A stretch of 64,000 nucleotides of DNA from Faecousia sp. (lineage in GTDB: Bacteria; Bacillota; Clostridia; Oscillospirales; Oscillospiraceae). Below the pieces are notes generated by a model. It did not search any database and had not been told where the DNA came from. It saw nothing but the letters and a program-made list of their open reading frames with translations. The position numbers and the translations under genes were made by a program. Each line of letters starts with the position of its first letter. The stretch's first letter is position 1. Positions 9,616 through 18,107 of the stretch are shown in pieces. The stretch is taken from NCBI GenBank assembly GCA_045599455.1, contig JAZRVX010000131.1, positions 12,186-76,185 of the forward strand, given 5' to 3'.

Positions 9616-10382
9616 TGATCCACTCTCTTAATGTTCAGGCATCGCCCATTGACGGTATCGATTGTGAACAGAACCGCTTCCATCTTTGTAGCGCCCTCTG
9701 CCCAGCGGTATCTCTCGGTAAGATCGCCTCGAAATTTTGCAATTGACAAATCCGGTCGAATTCCCAAGACCGAATCCTGCGGGCCTGTCATCCCCAAATC
9801 AGTCACATATCCGGTTCCATTGGGAAGAATTCGGGCATCCGATGTCGGAACATGGGTATGCGTTCCCCATACAGCCGAGACTCGTCCATCCAGCATATAT
9901 CCCATCGCAAGCTTCTCAGAGGTTGCTTCTGCATGGATTTCCACCAAAACGACACTGCAATCCAGCTTAGGAAGAAGTTTATCCATCATCAGGAACGGAT
10001 TATCCGGATTGTAGTCCATATTACAGCGACCAATCAGGTTTATTATGCCAATCCAACCTTTTGCACTTTCGTACACGCCATATCCTGCACCGGGCAACTG
10101 CGGTGCCATATTGGCAGGTCGAAGAATTCGATTATTATCATCCAGATAGTTCACAATTTCGCGTTTCGAAAATGCATGATTACCTAAAGTAATCACATCC
10201 GCTCCCGCATCAAAAATATCCTCTGCTTGATTGGGCGTAATTCCCACTACACTCGCGTTCTCGCCGTTCACAATAACAAAATCCGCTTGGTGCTCTCTTT
10301 TTAAAGCTCTCAGATGCTTGCGAATATGCTGCATGCCCGGCTCACCCACTACATCACCAACACACAAAACCTTTAATTCCAT
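9606..10382 (-). CDS. ymdB: YmdB-family metallophosphoesterase (2',3'-cyclic-nucleotide 2'-phosphodiesterase)
   Basis: MELKVLCVGDVVGEPG...VIVNGENA...GNH...THTHVPT matches the YmdB/TIGR00282-type pattern. ATG 10382 has GAGG 6 nt upstream. The ORF-track start at 10394 is TTG. Confidence 0.85.
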   Translation of the reverse strand: MELKVLCVGDVVGEPGMQHIRKHLRALKREHQADFVIVNGENASVVGITPNQAEDIFDAGADVITLGNHAFSKREIVNYLDDNNRILRPANMAPQLPGAGYGVYESAKGWIGIINLIGRCNMDYNPDNPFLMMDKLLPKLDCSVVLVEIHAEATSEKLAMGYMLDGRVSAVWGTHTHVPTSDARILPNGTGYVTDLGMTGPQDSVLGIRPDLSIAKFRGDLTERYRWAEGATKMEAVLFTIDTVNGRCLNIKRVDQWI

Positions 10383-10398
10383 ACTTAACCTCAATCAT

Positions 10399-11550
10399 TC
10401 AGCGAACTGATTTTGCATACTCAGTCGGTGTAATTCCAAACTTCTCCTTAAACTGTCTGGAAAAATGGTGAACAGTCGAATACTGCAACGCAGAAGCAAT
10501 TTCCGTAAAATTCAGATTATTCTCACGAATCATCTGTTTGCTCTCCTGCAGCTTTAAGCGCCGGATATATTCACCGGGTGAAATCTGTAAATTCTTGTGA
10601 AACAAAACCGTCAAATAGCTTGCACTGACATCGGCCACCTGCGCAACACCGGGAACGGTTAGCTTTTCGCGAATATGTTCAGAAATATATTGCTGCGCTT
10701 TACGAATCACTTCATTTTCATTGCGTACAGAGTTAATACCCTGAATTTTTCCTGAACCGGGTGCCGATTCTTCACGCAGCAAATATAAAATCAGGAGTTT
10801 CAGCTCTGCATTGATAACATCACTGGAGAAATCATCTGTTTTCTTTTGTTCACGAAGCATGTTCTGTAATAAGGAAAGTGCAGATTGCGGCATACGAAAT
10901 TTTCGATTATAGAGAGAATCAAGATCTACGCCGGAAATGTCAAACGAAATGGTCACAAAACAAGGCGCAACACCCTGATCCGAATACTGCATATGCCACT
11001 GATCGGGCCCATATACAACAACATCGCCCTGTGTAAGCATCGTGTCCTGCCCTTCAACCACACTATGAAGCTGACCTTTGTCCACATATGTAAGCTCAAT
11101 CATGGGATGGCTCTCACCATTAAATATAAATCCCTGCTCTTTTTCCTGATAGAAGAATGTATAAATTCCATCTATCTTCATACGATTATCGATTCTGAGA
11201 TTATAATTTGCTCGAGTGCCAACACTCTGAGGCATCTCCTTCGCCTTTACTAAAACCGTTGCATCACCCTTAAATGCATTCAGCGCAATATAGACATCCG
11301 GATTGATGGTAACAGTTTTATCCAAATAGTAATGCGAATAGTTCTCTGCATCGGTACTTACCGACAGAACACCGATACCTTTTCCACAGGAGAGCTGCGT
11401 AGCTGACCTCGTCAAGAAAACAGGAATTTCAGACTGCGCAAGTTTTAAGACTGTGGATTCTTCCTTTTTTCCTAAATCTAAAGAAGATGCGCGTTCAGGC
11501 AGAACAAAGCCAAAGCCGCTGAAATTCTCCTGATTCAAATTCTGTATCAT
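10399..11550 (-). CDS. AraC-family transcriptional regulator
   Basis: C-terminal double HTH: LTVPGVAQVADVSASYLTVLFHK...NFTEIASALQYSTVHHFSRQFKEKFGITPTEY. The ~270-aa N-terminal sensor part has no function I can assign. GGGAGGA RBS. Confidence 0.8.
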   Translation of the reverse strand: MIQNLNQENFSGFGFVLPERASSLDLGKKEESTVLKLAQSEIPVFLTRSATQLSCGKGIGVLSVSTDAENYSHYYLDKTVTINPDVYIALNAFKGDATVLVKAKEMPQSVGTRANYNLRIDNRMKIDGIYTFFYQEKEQGFIFNGESHPMIELTYVDKGQLHSVVEGQDTMLTQGDVVVYGPDQWHMQYSDQGVAPCFVTISFDISGVDLDSLYNRKFRMPQSALSLLQNMLREQKKTDDFSSDVINAELKLLILYLLREESAPGSGKIQGINSVRNENEVIRKAQQYISEHIREKLTVPGVAQVADVSASYLTVLFHKNLQISPGEYIRRLKLQESKQMIRENNLNFTEIASALQYSTVHHFSRQFKEKFGITPTEYAKSVR

Positions 11551-11571
11551 GAACTCATCCTCCCAGGAAAC

Positions 11572-11605
11572 AATAATAGGGTCAGCAATCGCTGACCCTA
11601 TTATT
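11572..11605 (-). terminator. terminator downstream of obg
   Basis: 15-bp stem aataatagggtcagc/gctgaccctattatt with a 4-nt loop. On the minus strand it is followed by GTTTCC, so the T-tract is weak. Confidence 0.55.
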
Positions 11606-11633
11606 ATACAACAAAAATCGAAAATGGCAAATA

Positions 11634-12908
11634 TTATCTCAGATAGTCAAACTCAATATCATAAATATCTACAGTGTCGCCATCCTGAATTCCCATTTCC
11701 TCCAGCCGAGAGAAAATACCGTTCTTGCGCAGAAGCATATCAAAATGATTTCTCGCTTCATAGTCATCAAAATTGATGTTTTGCGTCAAGCGTTCGAGCC
11801 ATGTTCCGGTCAAAACCCATGTACTTCCCAGATGCTCAATCAGAACATCCATCGGATCACCGGGCTCGGCGATTTCTTCCACATATTCCGGCTCATAAAT
11901 CGTAACAGGTGGCAGCGTTTTGAGTTTTTCAGCCACAACCTGCATAAGTTTTTTGGTCCCCTGCGTTGTTCCGGCAGATATCTCGTATAATTCGCAGCCG
12001 GCTGCCTCAACAACTGCCCGCAAGCGATTCAGGTTGTCACTTTCAGGATCCATAATATCCGTTTTATTGGCAGCAACAATCATGGGGCGATTGCTTAAAT
12101 CAACAGAATAATTTGCAAGCTCATCGCAAATTGCGTGAAAGTCGTCAACCGGATCTCTGCCCTCACTACCGGATACATCAACCACATGAACAAGCAGTCG
12201 ACAACGGTCAATGTGACGAAGAAAATCATACCCCAAGCCGGCACCTTCAGCAGCACCTTCAATAATGCCGGGGATATCTGCCATAACAAAGGACACGCCT
12301 TCACTGACATAAATTACACCAAGATTGGGAAACAGCGTGGTAAAATGATAATTGGCAATCTTAGGTTTTGCATTAGAAGTAACGGACAGCAAAGTAGATT
12401 TTCCGACATTCGGGAAACCAACAAGGCCAACATCAGCCAGAAGCTTCAATTCCAGAATAATATCTCGTTCCTGCCCCTTCGTACCGGTCTTAGCAAAACG
12501 GGGAACCTGACGGGTTGCAGTGGCATAATGAGAGTTTCCCCAGCCGCCTCGGCCACCTTTTGCAATGACAAAATCCTCGCCTGTGGACATATCCACAATA
12601 ATTGCATTGGACTCAGCGTCACGCACAACCGTTCCTCTGGGCACATCGATAATCAAAGGTTCTCCGCGTTTACCGGACATCATTCTGCCCTGCCCATTCT
12701 GACCGGCAGTGGCAGAATATTTCCGTTTATATCTAAAATCCATCAGCGTAGTCATATTATCATTGACATGCAGAATGACACTGCCGCCATGACCGCCGTC
12801 ACCACCATCCGGGCCGCCGGATGCAACATATTTTTCACGGTGAAATGCCACCGCGCCATCACCGCCTCGGCCTCCGCATACGGTGATTCTAACTTTATCT
12901 ACAAACAT
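11634..12908 (-). CDS. obg: GTPase Obg/CgtA
   Basis: MFVDKVRITVCGGRGGDGAVAFHREKY (Obg fold), GFPNVGKST, DIPGIIEGA, NKTD, and a C-terminal Obg_CT-like tail. AGGAGG RBS. Confidence 0.95.
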   Translation of the reverse strand: MFVDKVRITVCGGRGGDGAVAFHREKYVASGGPDGGDGGHGGSVILHVNDNMTTLMDFRYKRKYSATAGQNGQGRMMSGKRGEPLIIDVPRGTVVRDAESNAIIVDMSTGEDFVIAKGGRGGWGNSHYATATRQVPRFAKTGTKGQERDIILELKLLADVGLVGFPNVGKSTLLSVTSNAKPKIANYHFTTLFPNLGVIYVSEGVSFVMADIPGIIEGAAEGAGLGYDFLRHIDRCRLLVHVVDVSGSEGRDPVDDFHAICDELANYSVDLSNRPMIVAANKTDIMDPESDNLNRLRAVVEAAGCELYEISAGTTQGTKKLMQVVAEKLKTLPPVTIYEPEYVEEIAEPGDPMDVLIEHLGSTWVLTGTWLERLTQNINFDDYEARNHFDMLLRKNGIFSRLEEMGIQDGDTVDIYDIEFDYLR

Positions 12909-12924
12909 AACATCCTCCTGTATA

Positions 12925-12963
12925 CCAAAAAAGGACTGCCGCAGTGAAAATGCAGCAGTCCTT
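12925..12963 (-). terminator. intra-cluster terminator/attenuator between rpmA and obg
   Basis: On the minus strand, stem aaggactgc/gcagtcctt (12963-12955 / 12939-12931) is followed by TTTTGG. Confidence 0.55.
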
Positions 12964-12980
12964 CAGCACAAACAGGTTAA

Positions 12981-13262
12981 TTACTGCTCGTCGTAAACAG
13001 AGCACTTACGACGATCCTTGCCCATACGCTCAAACTTAACAACACCGTTGACCAGAGCGAACAAAGTATCATCCTTGCCGATACCAACATTGGTGCCGGG
13101 ATGGATGTGAGTGCCTCTCTGACGAACGAGGATGTTGCCAGCCAGAACGTGCTGACCGTCTGCACGCTTAACGCCCAGACGCTTGGACTCGGAATCACGG
13201 CCGTTCTTGGTGGAACCGCCGCCCTTATGGTGAGCGAAGAACTGAATACCAATCTTCAGCAT
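12981..13262 (-). CDS. rpmA: 50S ribosomal protein L27 with N-terminal propeptide
   Basis: [37 protein letters not shown]... ATG 13262 is preceded by GGAGGTG. The ORF-track extension to 13367 overlaps prp and is rejected. Confidence 0.95.
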   Translation of the reverse strand: MLKIGIQFFAHHKGGGSTKNGRDSESKRLGVKRADGQHVLAGNILVRQRGTHIHPGTNVGIGKDDTLFALVNGVVKFERMGKDRRKCSVYDEQ

Positions 13263-13266
13263 GGTG

Positions 13267-13587
13267 TTACACCTCCAAAACTTCAATATAATCAGGATAT
13301 TCATCCCGCAGTTCTGCAAGATAAAGCAGAAGTCCGGCCAGAACCGCCTGAACGGAATCCTCTTCATCGCAAGAAGCGGGAAGTGTCAAAGTGATGCGCG
13401 CATCATCTTTAACACGAACCTTGGCCTTTGCCCCGCAAACATCATTGATGGTTGCTTCGGCCAATCTGACAGCGGATGTAATCGAAGCACAGACAATGTC
13501 TGCTCCCGCTTCAGCATAACCACTGTGACCTGAGATGGAGAATCCAGTGATTCTGTCATCTACAGTAGTAAACTCGCATCTAGTCAT
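13267..13587 (-). CDS. prp: ribosomal-processing cysteine protease Prp
   Basis: 106 aa lying between rplU and rpm[25 protein letters not shown] carries the conserved His/Cys dyad context of the Prp (YsxB) family. Confidence 0.9.
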   Translation of the reverse strand: MTRCEFTTVDDRITGFSISGHSGYAEAGADIVCASITSAVRLAEATINDVCGAKAKVRVKDDARITLTLPASCDEEDSVQAVLAGLLLYLAELRDEYPDYIEVLEV

Positions 13588-13590
13588 AAA

Positions 13591-13902
13591 TTACAGTGCG
13601 ATCTTGGTGATCTCCACCTTGGTGTAAGGCTGACGATGGCCAATCTTCTTCTTCTCGTTCTTCTTAGCCTTGTACTTCAGAACATCAATCTTCTTGCCCT
13701 TGCCATTCTTAACAACCCTGGCTTCAACGGCTGCACCTGCGACAACGGGAGCGCCAACCTTGGTATTCTCGCCGTCCAGAATGGCCAGAACCTGATCAAA
13801 CTTGACAGTAGTCTCAGCCTCAGCGCCCAGCTTCTCAACGAACAGGACATCACCCTCAGCAACAACATACTGCTTGCCACCGGTCATAATAACTGCTTTC
13901 AT
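13591..13902 (-). CDS. rplU: 50S ribosomal protein L21
   Basis: [25 protein letters not shown]...[11 protein letters not shown]. Confidence 0.95.
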   Translation of the reverse strand: MKAVIMTGGKQYVVAEGDVLFVEKLGAEAETTVKFDQVLAILDGENTKVGAPVVAGAAVEARVVKNGKGKKIDVLKYKAKKNEKKKIGHRQPYTKVEITKIAL

Positions 13903-13987
13903 TTGTTTTCACCTACTTTATTTTGTGTAGTCTCGCTCTTAGGGCGGGTGCATTTGGGCGCACCAACTTAAGCCCACTCAATGCGGC
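13903..13987 (-). promoter_or_regulatory. structured 5' leader of rplU operon (possible L21-leader type element)
   Basis: An ~85-nt GC-rich leader lies between the predicted TSS and ATG 13902, with complementary segments gggcttaag...gcgcccaaatgcacccgccc. A ribosomal-protein leader upstream of rplU is known in Firmicutes. I could not verify covariation. Confidence 0.3.
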
Positions 13988-13993
13988 TTTAGT

Positions 13994-14022
13994 ATTTTAT
14001 CATTCAAAAGGCATAAAGTCAA
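13994..14022 (-). promoter_or_regulatory. sigma-A promoter of rplU-prp-rpmA
   Basis: On the minus strand: TTGACT (14022-14017), 17-nt spacer, TGA-TAAAAT (13999-13994). Confidence 0.6.
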
Positions 14023-14087
14023 GCAATATTTCATGCCTTTCCTTTCAATTTCAATGGATTTTCCTGTTAAGCCCGGAAATCTTGTGA

Positions 14088-14116
14088 TTGTGATTTCCTT
14101 AACTATCTGCTATAAT
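14088..14116 (+). promoter_or_regulatory. possible promoter of the NusG-domain-II gene
   Basis: TTGTGA (14088-14093), 17-nt spacer, TGC-TATAAT (14111-14116). GAGGTGA RBS before ATG 14137. Confidence 0.4.
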
Positions 14117-14136
14117 ATACATTGAGGTGATTATCC

Positions 14137-14496
14137 ATGAAATCCAAGAACATCCTTGTTCTTATTGGCCTCCTGCTCGTTATATGCATTGGACTGAGCA
14201 TTTTTCTCATGGTACCCCGCGGAGCAACCCCCACCGCAACCATTATCAGCTGTGGCGAAGTTTTAAAGTCGGTTCCGCTAGGCAAGGATGCTTCCTTTGA
14301 TATCGAAACGCCCCGCGGAGGTTACAACAAAGTTGTTGTAACGGATGGTAAAATTTCGGTAACCGAAGCAAATTGCCCCGACCATATTTGCATGAGCTTT
14401 GGTTGGTGCAATGATGGAATCCCAATTGTCTGCCTGCCAAATCAGTTGATTATTGAGTTTTCCGGCAACAATACTGCAGATTCCGTCTCCGGTTAA
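14137..14496 (+). CDS. NusG domain II-containing small membrane protein
   Basis: N-terminal TM ILVLIGLLLVICIGLSIFLM. TEANCPDHICMSFGWCNDGIPIVCLPNQLIIEF matches the CPD.IC...GW...IVCLP signature of this family. Confidence 0.7.
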   Translation: MKSKNILVLIGLLLVICIGLSIFLMVPRGATPTATIISCGEVLKSVPLGKDASFDIETPRGGYNKVVVTDGKISVTEANCPDHICMSFGWCNDGIPIVCLPNQLIIEFSGNNTADSVSG

Positions 14497-14514
14497 AAAA
14501 AGCAAAAATAAGTG

Positions 14515-14543
14515 TTGACAAATTAAGGCGAATAGAGTATAAT
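14515..14543 (+). promoter_or_regulatory. sigma-A promoter of tRNA-Val
   Basis: Consensus TTGACA (14515-14520), 17-nt spacer, consensus TATAAT (14538-14543), about 20 nt before the tRNA 5' end. Confidence 0.65.
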
Positions 14544-14563
14544 TCATCATGTCGCCAAGATAT

Positions 14564-14639
14564 GGACGATTAGCTCAGCTGGTAGAGCATGCGCTTGACG
14601 TGCGCAGGGTCAGCGGTTCGAGTCCGTTATCGTCCACCA
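14564..14639 (+). tRNA. tRNA-Val (anticodon GAC), CCA encoded
   Basis: Cloverleaf folded by hand. Acceptor GGACGAT/ATCGTCC, D arm GCTC-AGCTGGTA-GAGC, anticodon stem TGCGC/GCGCA with loop TTGACGT, T arm AGCGG-TTCGAGT-CCGTT, then ACCA. Confidence 0.95.
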
Positions 14640-14640
14640 A

Positions 14641-14670
14641 GACCTCATTTTATTTGAGGTCTTTTCTTTT
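14641..14670 (+). terminator. rho-independent terminator of tRNA-Val
   Basis: Stem gacctca/tgaggtc followed by cttttctttt. Confidence 0.75.
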
Positions 14671-14680
14671 ATAAATTTTG

Positions 14681-14708
14681 CCGGGGCTTGAATTAATTCA
14701 AGCCCCGG
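14681..14708. terminator. perfect 28-nt palindrome at 3' end of the GT2-PilZ operon
   Basis: ccggggcttgaatt/aattcaagccccgg. It contains the stop codon of the GT2-PilZ gene (14698-14700). The T-rich tract is only on the plus-strand side. Confidence 0.5.
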
Positions 14709-16926
14709 TATTTTGTATCATTTTCTTTTCCAAATTCTTTTGCGGAATAATATCTGAAATTGCAACATAATCGGGCTGTATAATCTCATAAACATTTTTA
14801 CGGATTCTACTTTTTCTACCTGTAATGATTATTCCGTTTTCCAGTACCAACTCAATCTCCTCAGGAAGATATCGGCTCTGAGCTACTCGAAAACAGTTGT
14901 AATTATAATCCTTCAGGGTTACTTTCCCGGATATACTTTGTGGACATTTCAATTCTTGAGATATGCTGACTCTGGGAAGCTTTCTGCGCTGAAATACCGG
15001 TGCACTTCCCCGCCCATTGCCGTTTACCAGCAAATCATCAAAAGCTCCGCTTGCTCCACGCAGTGTCTGCGGCAATCCCGGTGAACGATCATAAACAATT
15101 TGAAAATAATCCTTCTTACATTCACCATAATCATGGATGCGGAAAGCATATATCCATCGATTTTCTTGTTGATTCACATAAACAATGGATACTTTTATTT
15201 CAGCTTTCAATTGATTTTCCTTTATTTTCAGTGTAGTCAATGCATCCGGGAGAATATATACAGGCTCTTCAAAGCTCACTGCGAGTCCTGAATCCGACAA
15301 ATTGATTGCATTCCCGTGATAGCTTCCGTTATCTGTGCTGACAGTGACTTCACATAGCGCCCGCAGTCGGTGCTCCTTTCTTCTGATTTCTCTGCCATCT
15401 ACAAAGAAAAGTGCCATAACCAGATAATACATATTGCCAATTAGCCAAAATAAAACTACGACCGGCTGGATGGAATTGCTTTCAAACATTTTCACAATAC
15501 ATTTCGCAACTGCGTATACCGAAAGGCACAACAGCATCGCAAAGGGCAGCATATATACAGCATCCCGCCGATTTTTTCCTGTTGCAATGTTCTTTTCGGA
15601 AACATGAAACTTTTTCATAGAAATTCCGACGGTCTCCAGTAATACGGGTACAAGCATAAAAGGAAATAACGCCGTCTCATAAACACCTGTCCATCTTGTA
15701 TTCCTTATATTACGGCTTAAAGCACGCAGCGCCAAATTGGAAGAGATAAACATCGGAAGCCAGAAAATAAGCACTTCTTGCAATGTGCACCGGATAACCA
15801 TAATATCAAAGGCGGCATACAGAATCGGGCTCATAATGTACACCAATCTTTTTAAGGGTGCATACCAGTACCAGACAGATGCCCAATAGTTCAGTTTCTG
15901 GCGAAGGGAAAGCTTTCTCGATAACAAAATGTGCAATTTCCTTCCGCTTTGAATCACCCCTCTTGCCCAACGAACTCTCTGGCGAATCAGTGCAGTCATA
16001 TCGGTCACCGACAATCCACTTGCAAGTGGTTCGTCAATTGCAAGACTGACAAATCCTGCCTTCTGAATCAGAATCCCCGTTGCAAAATCTTCTGTAATAG
16101 AGTCCGTGTAAAATCCACCGACAGCATCCAACGCCGCTCGACTTAAAACCGTGTTGGAGCCGCCGTAGATGACTGAGTTACTCTTTGTTCTTGCAATCTG
16201 AATATCCCGATAAAAATAGTCCTGCTCATTGGGAATTCTTTCTTCGGAATACAAATTAAACTGGAACACATCGGGATTATAAAAACTTTGAGGACTCTGC
16301 ACAAAGCCAAGTTCTATACGCTTTTTCTCTCCCCTGCTTAGATTCTTTCGTTCCGCGTCGATGAAATAAGGTATTGTTTTCATTAAAAATGTGCTTCTCG
16401 GTATCATGTCCGCATCAAAAGTCGCAATATACGGTGAAGAAGAGTTCCTGAGTGCATAATTCAGATTCCCGGCTTTTGCCCCGGTTCTGTCCAATCTGGA
16501 TAAATAATGAACGCCAAAACTCAAAGCCAGATTTCGCATTTCTTCTCGATTTCCGTCATCGCAAAGATATATATGCACTTTCTGCTTATCCGGATAATCC
16601 ATATGGCAGCACCCATTGATGGTTTTATACACCAGCTCTGGTGCTTCGTTATATGTCACCACAAATACATCTACATCCGGATATGTTTGTCCGGATATAT
16701 CCGGACAAACATATCCGTTACAGCGGTACATACTGCGATAGTGAATGATTGCCTCAAAAAAGCCCAACGCCTCGATGCAAAGTAACGAAGCACCGACAAT
16801 CACAGAAAGCAGGCCGTATCCAAAAGGGATGGTAAAAAGAATACGCCATAAAATATAGCTGACAGAAAACAGAATATTCAGCATAAATATCAGCTTATCT
16901 ATGTACAATTTTCCGTTTTTTATCAT
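14698..16926 (-). CDS. processive family-2 glycosyltransferase with C-terminal PilZ domain (BcsA-like exopolysaccharide synthase)
   Basis: Multi-TM protein. GT2 motifs DVFVVTYNE, CDDGN, FDADM, SITEDFATG (TED), IRQRVRWARG (QxxRW, ~15961-15995) and FHVSEK (FxVTxK-like). PilZ motifs RKEHR (RxxxR, 15367-15381) and NLSDSG ((D/N)xSxxG, 15286-15303). Confidence 0.85.
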   Translation of the reverse strand: MIKNGKLYIDKLIFMLNILFSVSYILWRILFTIPFGYGLLSVIVGASLLCIEALGFFEAIIHYRSMYRCNGYVCPDISGQTYPDVDVFVVTYNEAPELVYKTINGCCHMDYPDKQKVHIYLCDDGNREEMRNLALSFGVHYLSRLDRTGAKAGNLNYALRNSSSPYIATFDADMIPRSTFLMKTIPYFIDAERKNLSRGEKKRIELGFVQSPQSFYNPDVFQFNLYSEERIPNEQDYFYRDIQIARTKSNSVIYGGSNTVLSRAALDAVGGFYTDSITEDFATGILIQKAGFVSLAIDEPLASGLSVTDMTALIRQRVRWARGVIQSGRKLHILLSRKLSLRQKLNYWASVWYWYAPLKRLVYIMSPILYAAFDIMVIRCTLQEVLIFWLPMFISSNLALRALSRNIRNTRWTGVYETALFPFMLVPVLLETVGISMKKFHVSEKNIATGKNRRDAVYMLPFAMLLCLSVYAVAKCIVKMFESNSIQPVVVLFWLIGNMYYLVMALFFVDGREIRRKEHRLRALCEVTVSTDNGSYHGNAINLSDSGLAVSFEEPVYILPDALTTLKIKENQLKAEIKVSIVYVNQQENRWIYAFRIHDYGECKKDYFQIVYDRSPGLPQTLRGASGAFDDLLVNGNGRGSAPVFQRRKLPRVSISQELKCPQSISGKVTLKDYNYNCFRVAQSRYLPEEIELVLENGIIITGRKSRIRKNVYEIIQPDYVAISDIIPQKNLEKKMIQNTGA

Positions 16927-18098
16927 ATTCCATCCTCCTTATAGAATTGGAAAGAATTCTCATTCAGATTAAACGGATATACTTCAAAGATAATATAGTC
17001 GTAGGTTTTATCCTTTATTACAGTTTCAAGATTTACAGTCTTTCCAACCTCCAGATTGTAAATTGTATCGATTTTCCAAAACATCGGAGCAAGGAAACAA
17101 ATAACGGGACTAAAATATGAGTCATGTATAATCAAAGCTGTCCGATTATTTCTGGCAGTTAGATTGACAATTCTATTCTGCTCCTTAATTCCATCCAGAT
17201 ATACACTGTATGAAGATCGTTTATAAATATCTTTCTCTTCCAAATATTCCAGATTGATAAGTGTTTGCTTTATATCTCCACGCGTTATTTCTTCTTTATC
17301 TCCCGAAAGAACCATTCGTTCATAGGTACCGAAAAACTTGGGACACAAAACCGAAAACTCATCCACACCCGAAAAAGCTCTTCCCGCCTTGCGCCCCATA
17401 GAACCAAGCATATTTTTATCGGCAGATAACTCATCATAATAATTTAGATTTAAATAATAATCTGTCGGATCAAGATTATCTCCAAACTGTTTATGAATCG
17501 TTTCTGCCAACTGTTTTGTAGCTTCAAAAGCCGTTTTGACTGTCCAATGGTGATCCGTTTTGTAAAATTCAGCATTATCCATATCGGACAAGTCCAGTGT
17601 CTTTACCTCGAACCGATTCAGATACATTAACAATTCATCTATCTTATCACCGGGATAATTTAACCATTCCGTATCATTGGTTGTAGATTTCACCAAGTCA
17701 TATTTTCCCGGCGGCATAACAAACAGTAGCTTTGTTTCCTTAGATTCCGCAAACTTCTGAAGCCTTGCTATCCGCTGTGCGAAGGATAAAACCGAAATAT
17801 CGTCATTTCGATAAAAACCACTGTAGTGCAAATATCCATTAGAATCTTTGAAAAAAGCAAAATCAGAGATTTCTTGTTTCCCCAGAAGTGACTGAAATGA
17901 TGAAAACCACTCCAAAAGACTCATACGAAAAGGTAAGCTTTCGTAGTATTCCTCCTGCCGAAATGGACAATTCTGAAAAATTCTCTGTGCAAAATATACG
18001 CAAGAATAGACCCACATTGGGAGCAATGATAAAATCAACATGACTGAAAAAACCATCTGCATCGAAACATATCGAACCTTCGCCGTCACTGTATGCAT
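16923..18098 (-). CDS. DHHW-family protein (AlgJ/AlgX-like SGNH polysaccharide O-acetyltransferase component)
   Basis: N-terminal TM MVFSVMLILSLLPMWVY and a literal DHHW motif in FYKTDHHWTVKTAFEA. ATG 18098 has GAGG 7 nt upstream. ATGA overlap with the downstream synthase gene. Confidence 0.75.
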   Translation of the reverse strand: MHTVTAKVRYVSMQMVFSVMLILSLLPMWVYSCVYFAQRIFQNCPFRQEEYYESLPFRMSLLEWFSSFQSLLGKQEISDFAFFKDSNGYLHYSGFYRNDDISVLSFAQRIARLQKFAESKETKLLFVMPPGKYDLVKSTTNDTEWLNYPGDKIDELLMYLNRFEVKTLDLSDMDNAEFYKTDHHWTVKTAFEATKQLAETIHKQFGDNLDPTDYYLNLNYYDELSADKNMLGSMGRKAGRAFSGVDEFSVLCPKFFGTYERMVLSGDKEEITRGDIKQTLINLEYLEEKDIYKRSSYSVYLDGIKEQNRIVNLTARNNRTALIIHDSYFSPVICFLAPMFWKIDTIYNLEVGKTVNLETVIKDKTYDYIIFEVYPFNLNENSFQFYKEDGI

Positions 18099-18107
18099 CA
18101 ACAAACC

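Noticed and set aside
6440-10382. SbcC-like ATPase + nuclease + phosphoesterase as an anti-phage defence cassette (Lamassu- or Gabija-like).
   Set aside because: The gene order and motifs match the conserved housekeeping-type yhaO-yhaN pair and ymdB of Firmicutes. There are no neighbouring mobile or defence genes and no compositional break visible by eye.
12981-13367. 128-aa extended form of L27 from the ORF track.
   Set aside because: The extension overlaps the 3' end of prp in another frame and has no RBS. ATG 13262 follows GGAGGTG and yields the canonical [10 protein letters not shown] propeptide.
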